DNA of 64,000 bases from contig CBDFGR010000002.1 of assembly GCA_965247115.1 (NCBI GenBank), positions 704,001 to 768,000 on the forward strand, read 5' to 3'. Source of the DNA: Myxococcota bacterium. GTDB lineage: Bacteria; Myxococcota_A; UBA9160; SZUA-336. The stretch's first letter is position 1, and every line of letters begins with the position of its first letter. The position numbers were made by a program, and so were the translations under genes. Shown here one piece after another: positions 19,047 to 28,414 of this stretch. Below the pieces are notes generated by a model. That model was not told the origin of the DNA and did no database searches. It worked only from the letters and a program-made list of their open reading frames with translations.

Positions 19047-19895
19047 CTACGCCGCAGAGACCTGATCCAGGTGGACGTCAGTCTGGGGAAACGGGATCGA
19101 GATCCCCTGTCGGTCGAACTCGACTTTTACGCGTTCCATCAGGTCGAAGTAGACCGGCCAGTAGTCTCCCGTCTTGACCCACGGTCGGACCGCAAGGTTG
19201 ACGCTGCTGTCTGCCAGCTCGAGAACCGCGATCGTCGGCGCTGGCTCTTGAAGTATGCGCTCGTCCGAGCTCACGATCTCGTTGAGCGTCGCCTTCGCCT
19301 GCGCCAGGTCGTCCCCGTAGCCGATCCCGAATACCAGGTCGACACGCCGCGTTTCCTTTGCGGAGTAGTTCACGATGCTCCCGCCGATGATCTGCCCGTT
19401 TGGCACCGTGATCTCTTTGTTGTCCGCGCTGCGGAGCTTGGTCGCGAAGACCTGGACTCCCTCGACGGTACCGGCAACACCGCCCGCCTCCACTGAGTCA
19501 CCCGTCTTGAAAGGCCGGAACAGCATCAGCATCACACCCGCGGCAAAGTTCCCCAGCGAGCCCTGGAGAGCGAAGCCGACGGCCAGACCGGCCGCCGCGA
19601 TGACCGCCGCGAACGAAGTCGTGTTGATTCCCAGCTGACCCAGCGCACTGATCCCCACGAGCGCGATGAGCGCCATGTAGACGAGGTTGCAGACGAAGGT
19701 CGTGAGCGTGGCATCGACCACCGCACGCGTCATCAGTCTGCGCGTCAGACTTGTAAGCAGGCGAGAGAGCCACCAGCCGACGATCAGTACGACGAGCGCC
19801 GAGATCAGCATGGGTCCCCCGGCAACGAGCGCCTCTCGAAAATTCCCGACTATGTCTTGCATTCTTTGCTCCATTTCCTCGAGAAAGATCAGCAT
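19047..19895 (-). CDS. mscS: Small-conductance mechanosensitive channel
   Basis: AAGLAVGFALQGSLGNFAAG, RPFKTGD and GISIPFPQ motifs. Confidence 0.93.
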   Translation of the reverse strand: MLIFLEEMEQRMQDIVGNFREALVAGGPMLISALVVLIVGWWLSRLLTSLTRRLMTRAVVDATLTTFVCNLVYMALIALVGISALGQLGINTTSFAAVIAAAGLAVGFALQGSLGNFAAGVMLMLFRPFKTGDSVEAGGVAGTVEGVQVFATKLRSADNKEITVPNGQIIGGSIVNYSAKETRRVDLVFGIGYGDDLAQAKATLNEIVSSDERILQEPAPTIAVLELADSSVNLAVRPWVKTGDYWPVYFDLMERVKVEFDRQGISIPFPQTDVHLDQVSAA

Positions 19896-20088
19896 TCTCT
19901 CATACCGCGATTGCTGCGATACGACCTGTCTGCTTGCTGACCCGCTGCTGGGCCACCGTGCCGCGGAGAGGTGTCAGGAGCTCTCGGAACCGTTCCCAGG
20001 GGCATGACGGAGCTGTCGCCTTCCGGACCGCCACGCAGACTCAGCGCTCATGCTCGGACGGCCGGGTCCGATACGCTCAGCAGGAGCT

Positions 20089-20469
20089 GTGGTGGACGGT
20101 CTGACCCTCGTGTTCGGTCTCGGGGAAGCGCTCAGCGGGAACGAGCTGACGTTCCTGTTGACGCTCGCCCTCCTGGCGATTTTCATGCTGGCGGTCCCCT
20201 TCCACCTCTTGCGAGCCTCCGAGCGCTCCATTGCCTTTGCCCGTTCGGCGCCTGCGACTCTGGTGAGTGTAGGAGTGCTCGGGACCCTCGTGAGCCTGTT
20301 TGCAACCCTCCAGGCCTTTGACACCTCCGCCAGGGATGCCAGCCTACCGTCGCTCGTGGAGGGCCTGCGGGCTGCCTCCGCAACCGGTCTGCTCGGAGTC
20401 CTGCTGGCGCTCACGTACCGGACGTACGAGAGGCTGGTCCCACCGCGGAAGGATTCCCCAGGGTGCTGA
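20089..20469 (+). CDS. Three-TM MotA/ExbB/ZorA-like membrane domain; probable 5' part of a frameshifted gene
   Basis: AP..LVSVGVLGT...FD....SLPSLVEGL.AA..G pattern; CAGGAG RBS. Confidence 0.5.
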   Translation: MVDGLTLVFGLGEALSGNELTFLLTLALLAIFMLAVPFHLLRASERSIAFARSAPATLVSVGVLGTLVSLFATLQAFDTSARDASLPSLVEGLRAASATGLLGVLLALTYRTYERLVPPRKDSPGC

Positions 20470-20992
20470 CGAGGGCAGCCCCGAGCCCGCCGGGCTGGCG
20501 CTCGAGACCGCGACGGACCTCACGAGCCTGAACGCGACCCTCGTGGGCGAATTCCAGAAGCTCCATACAGTCCTCGAGACCCAGCTCGAGGAGAGCCGTT
20601 CCGACTCGCAGCAATCGTTCGAGGACCTCAGTGTCGGCGTGCAGACTCTGAACGAGCAGGGCGCGGAGACGCTAAAACAGGTGGAGGAGACGCCGCTGGT
20701 CTCCGCCGACGAAGAGTGCGAGGCCGAGCCGAACGCACCTGCGCGCCGCTTTCTCTTCCGCATTCCGGTCGACTACGAAGCGGGCGGACAGTGCGGGAAG
20801 GGCACCCTGATCGATATCTCCTCTTCTGGAGCCCTGATCGAGGATGTCGACCTCCAGCTGATCCTCGGCGCGTTCGTCGAGATCTGCTACAAGCTCGAGG
20901 GCGAGGAGAAGCCCACCTTGCTCTACGGAAAGGTCGCCCGTGAGAGCGAGTCGGGCTTTGCCGTGGAGTTCGTCGAACGACGCACCGGGTAA
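20460..20992 (+). CDS. Coiled-coil plus PilZ domain; probable 3' part of the same gene
   Basis: ARRFLFRIPV..GTLIDISSSGALI..GKVAR..GFAVEF PilZ signature; no obvious start or RBS of its own. Confidence 0.65.
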
Positions 20993-21002
20993 GCTCGTCG
21001 CG

Positions 21003-22037
21003 TCAGGCGCGATCGGCAACGCCGTCGTCCGAGAGCCGCGCGTCCGTCTCTCTGCCCAGCCTCCGCAGGCTGCCGAAGCTCAGTCCCAGCACTTGAAGCG
21101 AGACCAGCCCCGCGACGCCGATGACGGCGAATTGAAGACCGTGGACCACGATGGCGTAGCTCAGCGCCGCCTCGCGGCTGAGCGCGAAGGCAGCGAAGGC
21201 CAGGACCGCGCAGGCCTCGAACACGCCGATGTAGCCGGGAGCGGACGGGAGGGCGACACCAAAGGCAATCAGGACGAGCGTGAAGTACGCAAGGTAGGGA
21301 TCCGGCTCGAGTCCGAAAGCGAGCAGCCCGAGCCACAGTACCGCGCCCTCGATCAGCCAGACGGCGAGCGACAGAAGCGCGAAGAGGAGCAGGGTTCGGT
21401 CCAACCGTAGAAAGGCGAGCGCACCCAGGGCCGAGCGCCAGAGCTGCTCGACACGGTCTTTCACACGATCCGGGAGCCAGCCTCCCAGGCCGCCCGCTAT
21501 CCCTTCGATGAGCTGGGGCCGAATGCGGACCACGAGAACGGCTGTTAGCGCGACGAGAAGTACGGACGCCACAATCCACCCCGTGCTGGCGAGCGCTCGG
21601 TCGAGGCTCTCGGGAAACGGTGTGATCACGGCTGTGGCGCAGAAGATCAACAGGAGCACAGCGCCGTCGAAGGTCCGTTCTGCCACGATGGAGGCGAGTC
21701 CAAACGCGGTAGGCAGGTCCTCCCGACGGCGCAGCGCGAGCGCGCGCACCAGCTCACCGAGTCGCGCCGGCAGCAGGTTGTTTGCCATCATCCCCACGAA
21801 GATGATCGAGGTCGCAACTCCCAGCCGGACGGGTTTCGCAGGACGGAGCATGAGCTGCCACCGCAGGCCGCGGATGAGGTAGGCACAGAGGTAGACGGGA
21901 ATCATCAGGGCAAGCCAGGAGACCCGTAGGTCTCGGAGTGAGTCGACGAGGCGTTCGACGTCCAGCCGACGTACGACCAGGACGAGGGCGACCAGGCTGA
22001 CGACGGGCCCGATCAGCACGAGCGGCCAGCGTCGCAC
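21003..22037 (-). CDS. Lysylphosphatidylglycerol synthase TM-domain / flippase-like protein
   Basis: RW, NNLLPARLGELVR, ERTFD and PSAPGYIG motifs. Confidence 0.88.
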   Translation of the reverse strand: MRRWPLVLIGPVVSLVALVLVVRRLDVERLVDSLRDLRVSWLALMIPVYLCAYLIRGLRWQLMLRPAKPVRLGVATSIIFVGMMANNLLPARLGELVRALALRRREDLPTAFGLASIVAERTFDGAVLLLIFCATAVITPFPESLDRALASTGWIVASVLLVALTAVLVVRIRPQLIEGIAGGLGGWLPDRVKDRVEQLWRSALGALAFLRLDRTLLLFALLSLAVWLIEGAVLWLGLLAFGLEPDPYLAYFTLVLIAFGVALPSAPGYIGVFEACAVLAFAAFALSREAALSYAIVVHGLQFAVIGVAGLVSLQVLGLSFGSLRRLGRETDARLSDDGVADRA

Positions 22038-22082
22038 CCCTGAGCTACCTCCCTCGGCCCACCATTCTCGGAACCTGGCCGC

Positions 22083-22559
22083 TCAGCCGAGGCTCCCGTA
22101 CTTGCCCCGAAAGTGGAGCAAGGGTGCGACCTCGCTGGCCTCGGCCTCTTCGAGACGGCCGACGCAAATGACGTGATCCCCAGCATCTACGGCCTCGTGA
22201 ACGGAGCAGTCGAGCCACGCCAGGGCTCCCGGGATGCGCGGACAGCCCGTGGCGCCAAGCGTGCACTCGAGGCCACGGAAGCGGATCTCCTCCTTCTGCT
22301 TGTTCGCGAACAGATTCGAAAGCTCGTCCTGGCCTCGAGCGAGGATGCTCACGCTGAATGCTCTCGACTGCTCGATGACTCCCAAAGTGCTGGAGCTCTT
22401 GTCGGCGCAGACCAGGATCATGGGAGGATCCAGACTCACTTCATTGAAGGAGGACACCGTCATTCCGTGGCGCAAGTCACCGTGCTGCGAGGTCACGATC
22501 GTGACCCCGGTCGCCCAGCTCCCGAGCACCCGCTTGAACGTCTCGCTGTCGACAGCCAC
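22083..22559 (-). CDS. Flavin reductase family protein
   Basis: FKRVLGSWATGVTIVT, VSLDPP and GDH motifs; GTG start overlaps the upstream stop. Confidence 0.9.
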   Translation of the reverse strand: MAVDSETFKRVLGSWATGVTIVTSQHGDLRHGMTVSSFNEVSLDPPMILVCADKSSSTLGVIEQSRAFSVSILARGQDELSNLFANKQKEEIRFRGLECTLGATGCPRIPGALAWLDCSVHEAVDAGDHVICVGRLEEAEASEVAPLLHFRGKYGSLG

Positions 22560-23365
22560 TACTTCACCTGAACCTGGAGAACTTCGCTGAAGCGTACGCG
22601 CCCGGAGGCCGAGAAGAGCCCTCCCCTCGGCTGTGTCCCGGTGATGGTCTCCACTCCCCCATGAGGTGAAGCCTTCTCCGTTCCGTAGAGGAACGCCGCG
22701 GCCAGAGGGTACGTACCGGGTCGAGCCGGAGCGCGCAGGCGGTACGTCACCGAGACCTGATCGTATTTGTTCTGCACCGGGTCTGCCTGGACGCCGGAGA
22801 TGTTTACGTATGAGATGGCGGGCGACAGCTCCGGATTCCGGCGATCGGTGAACTTTGTCTGCGGTTGTCCGTCTGGACCCGTCACCGCGGGAGCCTCCAG
22901 AATCTGCCAGCCGCGCGAGGGAGCCGGGCTCGCCTGCCAGCGCTGGTTCGAGTCGACGAGGGCGATCCCGACGACGGGCCCCCCACCTCCCCTCGCCTCG
23001 ACGGTGACGTCGATCACCTGGCCGGCATTCACGCTGAGCGGAGCGAGGATCCGCACACCGGAGTTCTGGTCGATCTGTCGGATGGCAGCGATCAGCGCCC
23101 GCCGCTGCGCAGGATCGAGCTCCCCGTAGGGAGTCTCGTCCCCGGCGACCTCGATCGTGGCGAGGTGCTTGTTGTCGGCGAGCTCGGCGTTCGCTCGCTG
23201 CTCCGGCACTCCGCCGAGCTGCTCTATGGAGACTGACGAGTGGCACGCGGTGCAGAAGGGCGCGACGTCAGTAACGTAGTTTGGAGTACCACCAGGGTAG
23301 GCCAGTGCCGATGCCGGCAAGACACAAAGGGTGGCGAGCCACCACTTTCGAATCGGTCCCGTCAT
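22559..23365 (-). CDS. Exported protein with one CxxCH heme motif and a beta-rich C-terminal domain
   Basis: Signal peptide ending ALA-YPGG; FCTACH. Confidence 0.75.
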   Translation of the reverse strand: MTGPIRKWWLATLCVLPASALAYPGGTPNYVTDVAPFCTACHSSVSIEQLGGVPEQRANAELADNKHLATIEVAGDETPYGELDPAQRRALIAAIRQIDQNSGVRILAPLSVNAGQVIDVTVEARGGGGPVVGIALVDSNQRWQASPAPSRGWQILEAPAVTGPDGQPQTKFTDRRNPELSPAISYVNISGVQADPVQNKYDQVSVTYRLRAPARPGTYPLAAAFLYGTEKASPHGGVETITGTQPRGGLFSASGRVRFSEVLQVQVK

Positions 23366-23367
23366 GC

Positions 23368-23919
23368 TCAGAGCTCCTCGTGACAGCTGTGGCAGGCTCG
23401 TCGCACACGAGCCGGTTCCAAAAATCCGAACTGGGCCGCGCCCTTAGTGGAGTGCGACACGTGACAGTCAACGCAGCGATAGACGAAGGACGGCAGATTA
23501 TGAACGTCGATCGCGTGGTAGTCGTCGGTCCGGTCGCTCTCGTAGGTCTCGTGGCACTGCACGCAGTCCTCGTCCCAGAGCGGGTGATCCATCGAGACGG
23601 GCTCTTCGAAGCGACCGAACAAGTAAACAAGGGCGTCCCGTGCGGCCACCGTCTTGACTCGGAGCTGGTTCGCGAAGCTCGCTCCCCCGTGGCATTCGAT
23701 GCAGCGGAACTCGCTGTCGGCCTGGTAGTGGAGCGAGACCAGGTTCACGGGCGGCGTTGCCATCAGCTCCTGCATTTTTTCCTCGTGAAGAGGGGTCTGC
23801 TCACTCAGGTGGCACGCGACGCAAAACGAATTGTTGGATTCGAGCCGATTGGTTATCACCCATCCGATTGGTCCACCGACCGCGATGAGGAGGATGCCAG
23901 TCGCGATTGCCAGCTTCAC
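23368..23919 (-). CDS. Membrane-anchored multiheme cytochrome c, NapC/NirT-like, five CxxCH
   Basis: N-terminal TM; CVACH, CIECH, CVQCH, CVDCH, CHSCH. Confidence 0.82.
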   Translation of the reverse strand: MKLAIATGILLIAVGGPIGWVITNRLESNNSFCVACHLSEQTPLHEEKMQELMATPPVNLVSLHYQADSEFRCIECHGGASFANQLRVKTVAARDALVYLFGRFEEPVSMDHPLWDEDCVQCHETYESDRTDDYHAIDVHNLPSFVYRCVDCHVSHSTKGAAQFGFLEPARVRRACHSCHEEL

Positions 23920-23931
23920 CGCGGCGCCATC

Positions 23932-25209
23932 CTACCCGAATCGGGGCGCGATGTGGATCAGCGCCAGATCGGTGACGTTCGTCTGGGTCGGACCGGTAAC
24001 GTGAAGGTCCCCTGTAGCGCGGAGTAGCGGGTAAGAGTCGTTGCGCGCAAGGTGAGCGTCCGGGTCGAGGCCCTTTGCGTTGGCGCGTTCCAGGCTGCTC
24101 GTGTCGGCGAACGCTCCAGCCGCATCCGTTGGGCCGTCACTCCCGTCCGTTCCGGCAAATAGGGCGGTGATCCCCTCCGCTCCCTGCAGCTCCAGAGCGA
24201 AAGCCAGCGCCAGCTCCTGACAACGCCCGCCCATTCCGGGGCCCCGCACGACGACCGTGGGTTCTCCACCGGCAATCAGGAAGCCCCCACCCGTATCGCG
24301 CGCCCGCCGCGCCTGCGTCGCGAGCGAGTGCCCCAGCGGCGCGGCCTCGCCGTACAGAACGGAGCCGAGCATCCGCACCTGCTGCCCACGACTCTGTGCC
24401 TCCACCCTCGCAGCCTCGAGCGCATCCTCCAGGCTTGCAACGACCCGGAAATCATTGCCCTCCTCTTGCGCGGGGTCGGGCTTCCAGGTCTCCGGGCGTT
24501 GACCCGCTGCACCCTGCTCCAGGTGTAGGCGTACAGCCGGGGCGGTAGCGTTCTCGAGCCCACGAGCGCGGAGCACGCTCAGCGCGTCCGCAAAGGTGGT
24601 GGGATCGGGAACCGTCGGGCCCGAGCCGATTCGATCTGGCAGATCCCCCGCCACGTCGGACACGGCCAGAGTCAGCACGGAGGCGGGTCGAGCGGCGACC
24701 CGCAGTCCTCCCCCCTTGATGCGGGACAGGTGTTTGCGCACGGTGTTGATCTCGGCGATGTCGGCTCCAGCGTTCAGCAGCTGTCGGGTCAGCTGCTGCT
24801 TGGCTTCGAGGCTCACGCCGTCGGCCGGCGCGCACCAGAGCGCGGAGGCTCCGCCAGAGATCAGCACGAGCACGGCATCAGAGGCGCCGAGTGAGCGTGC
24901 ATGGCGGAGCGCCCGCTCTGCGGCGTCCACTCCGCTCGCATCTGGAATGGGGTGCGAGGCTTCGAGCACCTCGAGGGATGGGATTGCGAAGGCGTTGCCG
25001 GTCTTGGTCACGATCGACCCCCCGGAGACTCGAGAGCCGAGCTCTGCGAGCGCAGCGCGGGCCATGGCGCACGCGGCCTTCCCCGCACCCAGCACACTCA
25101 GGCGGACCGGGGGGTCCCAGGCACGCAGCGCCTTCTCAACGGCCCGGCCCGCGTGCACCGCCTCGAGCGCGGCAGCGTGCACCCCGGCCAGAAGCTCTCG
25201 CGGGTTCAA
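23932..25209 (-). CDS. Glycerate kinase, class II (DUF4147/MOFRL)
   Basis: GAGKAA, HPIPD, ISGGASAL, RKHLSRIKGG, GSGPT, GTDGSDG and TNVTD motifs. Confidence 0.92.
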   Translation of the reverse strand: MNPRELLAGVHAAALEAVHAGRAVEKALRAWDPPVRLSVLGAGKAACAMARAALAELGSRVSGGSIVTKTGNAFAIPSLEVLEASHPIPDASGVDAAERALRHARSLGASDAVLVLISGGASALWCAPADGVSLEAKQQLTRQLLNAGADIAEINTVRKHLSRIKGGGLRVAARPASVLTLAVSDVAGDLPDRIGSGPTVPDPTTFADALSVLRARGLENATAPAVRLHLEQGAAGQRPETWKPDPAQEEGNDFRVVASLEDALEAARVEAQSRGQQVRMLGSVLYGEAAPLGHSLATQARRARDTGGGFLIAGGEPTVVVRGPGMGGRCQELALAFALELQGAEGITALFAGTDGSDGPTDAAGAFADTSSLERANAKGLDPDAHLARNDSYPLLRATGDLHVTGPTQTNVTDLALIHIAPRFG

Positions 25210-25988
25210 CCCTGCTCGTCGGGAATGAGGACGATCTCGATACGCCGGTTGCGCGCACGGTTCTCGACGGTGTCGTTTGTCGCAACGGGCTGGTGAGGAC
25301 CGTAGCCAATAGCGGAGAGTGCGGAGGCGTCCACACCGGAGCTCTCGAGGAAGCGCAGGACCTGGACCGCACGCGCCGCGGAGAGCTCCCAGTTCGACGG
25401 GTACCGAGCGGTGGAGATGGGCCTGTCGTCCGTGTGGCCGCCGACGCGGACGGAATACCCCGAAAGGCCGCGGATCTGTTCGGCAACGGCCTCCAGCACC
25501 GACTCCCCGTCGGGCTTGATCTCCGCCAGCCCGGAGTCGAACAGGATCTGATCGGAGGCGCTCACTTGCAGACCTCCTCGGAGTGCCTGGATCTGAATTT
25601 CCCCGCGCTCGAGCTCGGCCTCGAGTGCCTCCACGAGGTTGAGGTATGTCGAAGACATCTCCTGAATCTCGCTCTCCCGGGCCCTCAGCTTCTCACGCTC
25701 ACTCTCCAGACCCGCGCGCATGCGCTCGTTCGCGAGGCGTAGATCCTCTGAATCACTCGTGAGCTGGACGCGTTCGAGTTCCAGCGATTTCAGCTCGAGG
25801 TCGAGGCGCTCCTGAGATCGTTGCAGCTCCACGATCTGTTGCTGCAACTCCGCCGCCACGTCGTCCTTCTTGGCGAGCTCGTACTCGAGGCTGCGAGCGC
25901 GCGACACCTCGGCGTCGTAGACGGTCTTGGTCACGATGCAGCCCGTGAGGAGGGTGGAGAGCATCGGGAGCAATGCGATGCGAATCAT
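25206..25988 (-). CDS. OmpA/MotB-domain lipoprotein with coiled coil
   Basis: Lipobox LTGC; GHTD, NWELSAARA and RARNRRIEI motifs. Confidence 0.88.
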   Translation of the reverse strand: MIRIALLPMLSTLLTGCIVTKTVYDAEVSRARSLEYELAKKDDVAAELQQQIVELQRSQERLDLELKSLELERVQLTSDSEDLRLANERMRAGLESEREKLRARESEIQEMSSTYLNLVEALEAELERGEIQIQALRGGLQVSASDQILFDSGLAEIKPDGESVLEAVAEQIRGLSGYSVRVGGHTDDRPISTARYPSNWELSAARAVQVLRFLESSGVDASALSAIGYGPHQPVATNDTVENRARNRRIEIVLIPDEQG

Positions 25989-28360
25989 GCGCTCGGAGTA
26001 TCGCGAAATACTCGCTGCAGCACCTCTTCGATTTGCTCGATGGGCTCGACGACAAGGTCTCCGAGCTGGCGATCGGCGATCTCGACAAGGTCCTTCTGGT
26101 TCGCCGCTGGGATCAGGACCCGCTCCACGCCGGCGCGCTTCGCGGCCAGGATCTTCTCCTTGATGCCCCCCACCGGCAGCACCTTCCCCCGCAGCGTGAT
26201 CTCGCCCGTCATCGCCAGGTCCGGCGGAACGGATTCGTCCTTGAGCAGGCTCGTGAGCGCGGTCACGATGGCAATGCCCGCACTCGGACCATCCTTGGGG
26301 GTCGAGCCGGCGGGGATGTGGATGTGAAAGTCGCTGGTCTGGAAGATTCCTGGATCGATCCCTAGCTCCGACGCGCGCGTGCGCACGAGTGAGACGGCCG
26401 TGTGCGCAGACTCTCGCATCACGTCACGGACGGAGCCCGTGATCTTGAGCTCGCCCTTTCCTCGCATCCGAGTGGCCTCGATGAAGAGGATCTCGCCGCC
26501 CGCGCCGGTCACTGCGAGGCCGACGGCCACGCCGGGGTTGTGGAGGCGGCCAGCCACCTCTGGCTCGAACTTGATCACTCCGAGCAGCTCGTGCAGGTCC
26601 TCCGTCCCGACCTCATCCACGCGGCCCGACTTCTCGACGAATCGCCGTGCCAGCTTGCGCGCGACCTTGCCGAGCTCGCGCTCCAGATTCCGTAGTCCCG
26701 CCTCGTGCGTGTAGCCCTGAATGATCGTGCGAATCACCTCGTCGCCAATCTCGGGCTTGTGGTCCTGCAGGCCATGTCGCTCGAGCTGGCGGGGCCAGAG
26801 GTAGCGCTTGGCGATCTCGAGCTTGTCCTCGTCGGTGTAGCCCGGAAGCTCGATGATCTCCATGCGATCGAGAAGCGTGAGCGGAATCGTGTCGAACACG
26901 TTAGCCGTCGCGATGAAGAGAACCTTCGAGAGATCGAACGGAACCTCCAGGTAGTTGTCGCTGAAGGTGTGATTCTGCTCGGGATCGAGGACCTCGAGGA
27001 GCGCGGACGCCGGGTCACCGCGAAAATCGCTGCCGAGCTTGTCGATCTCGTCGAGCATGAAGACAGGGTTCCGCGTCTTCACCCGCTTTAGACTCTGCAG
27101 GATGCGCCCCGGCAAGGAGCCGACATATGTGCGGCGGTGCCCGCGGATCTCGGCCTCGTCTCGCACACCCCCGAGCGCGATGCGCGCAAAGTTCCGATTC
27201 ATCGCGCGAGCGATCGAGCGCCCGAGCGAAGTCTTCCCGGTTCCCGGCGGGCCGACGAAACACAGGATCGGACCCTTCAGATCCTTCTTGAGCTTCAGGA
27301 CCGCGATGAACTCGAGGATCCGCTCCTTGATCTTCTCCAGGCCGTAGTGGTCCTCGTCCAGGATCTCGCGGGCGGAGGCCACGTCGAGCGCGTCCTCGGT
27401 TTCGGCGGACCACGGCAGGTCGGCGATCCACTCGAGATAGGTGCGGATCGTTCCGGCCTCCATCGCGCCAGGGGGCTGTGATATCAGCCGGCCGAGCTCT
27501 CGCTCGCTATGCTCGCGGACCTCGTCGGGCACGCCCGCCCTCTCGATTCGCTCGCGCAGCTCCTCCACCTGCTGGGCAGGGCTGTCGTGGTCGCCCAGCT
27601 GACGCCGGATCGCTCGCGCCTGCTCCCGCAGGATGTACTCGCGCTGGTTCCGTGAGAGCTCCTCTTGGACCTGTTCGCGGATCTCCTCCTCCAGGTGGCG
27701 CACCTCCTGCTCCCGGGCCAGGTGTTCGGAGAGCCGCTCGAGGCGTGCCCGCACCTGCGTGGTCTCGAGCAGCTCCTGCTGCTCTTCGACCGAGAGGTCG
27801 AGATGGGCCGCAACCACGTCGGCCAGCATGCCGGAATCCTGGATTTGGACGATCAGTGCGCGGACCGCGTCGGGTACGCCGCCCGACGCCCCCGAGATTT
27901 CGAGAAACTGCTGGCTCACGTTCCGGTGCAGAGCCTCAGCCTCCAGGCCCTTCGCGGTGTGCTCGTCGAGCGTCTCGATGTGAGCTAGCAGGTAGGGTGT
28001 CGTCGACTCGTACGCGCCGATCGCACAGCGGCGCAGGCCCTGCACAAAGAGACGCAGGGCGTCCTCCCCGGTCTTCACCACGCGGAGGATCCGGACCGCT
28101 GCGCCCACCTCGTACAGGTCCTCGGGTCCCGGCTCCTCCACATCGGGGTCGCGAGACGCGACGGTGACGAGCAGGCGATCCCCCTTGAGTGCGCTGTCGA
28201 CGAGCGCGCGCGCTCGGGCAGTGGTCGCGACCATCGGCTTGACCACTCCTGGGAACAGCACCGTGTTGCGCAGGGGCAACACCGGGAGAATCTCGGGGAT
28301 GGCTTCGCCTTCCTCCGAGGTTTCCAGCTTGCCGTCGAGCTCGTCAGCGTCAGTCGTCAT
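25985..28360 (-). CDS. lon: ATP-dependent Lon protease
   Basis: GPPGTGKTS, RGHRRTY, DEIDK and PKDGPSAG motifs. Confidence 0.97.
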   Translation of the reverse strand: MTTDADELDGKLETSEEGEAIPEILPVLPLRNTVLFPGVVKPMVATTARARALVDSALKGDRLLVTVASRDPDVEEPGPEDLYEVGAAVRILRVVKTGEDALRLFVQGLRRCAIGAYESTTPYLLAHIETLDEHTAKGLEAEALHRNVSQQFLEISGASGGVPDAVRALIVQIQDSGMLADVVAAHLDLSVEEQQELLETTQVRARLERLSEHLAREQEVRHLEEEIREQVQEELSRNQREYILREQARAIRRQLGDHDSPAQQVEELRERIERAGVPDEVREHSERELGRLISQPPGAMEAGTIRTYLEWIADLPWSAETEDALDVASAREILDEDHYGLEKIKERILEFIAVLKLKKDLKGPILCFVGPPGTGKTSLGRSIARAMNRNFARIALGGVRDEAEIRGHRRTYVGSLPGRILQSLKRVKTRNPVFMLDEIDKLGSDFRGDPASALLEVLDPEQNHTFSDNYLEVPFDLSKVLFIATANVFDTIPLTLLDRMEIIELPGYTDEDKLEIAKRYLWPRQLERHGLQDHKPEIGDEVIRTIIQGYTHEAGLRNLERELGKVARKLARRFVEKSGRVDEVGTEDLHELLGVIKFEPEVAGRLHNPGVAVGLAVTGAGGEILFIEATRMRGKGELKITGSVRDVMRESAHTAVSLVRTRASELGIDPGIFQTSDFHIHIPAGSTPKDGPSAGIAIVTALTSLLKDESVPPDLAMTGEITLRGKVLPVGGIKEKILAAKRAGVERVLIPAANQKDLVEIADRQLGDLVVEPIEQIEEVLQRVFRDTPSA

Positions 28361-28414
28361 TGGTGCTGAACGCGGAGGGCTGCGCTCGGTACCGTGGAGA
28401 CAGCCCTCCCGCGG

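Noticed and set aside
20464..20472. TGC-TGA read as Cys-Sec selenoprotein readthrough, given selC
   Set aside because: In-frame readthrough gives implausible Arg/Pro-rich sequence; the protein-like continuation is in the +1 frame.
20089..25988. Zorya (ZorAB) system from the MotA/ZorA-like ORF plus the OmpA/MotB gene
   Set aside because: The genes are 4 kb apart on opposite strands, the MotB-like protein is a lipoprotein coupled to lon, and no zorC/D/E-like genes are present.
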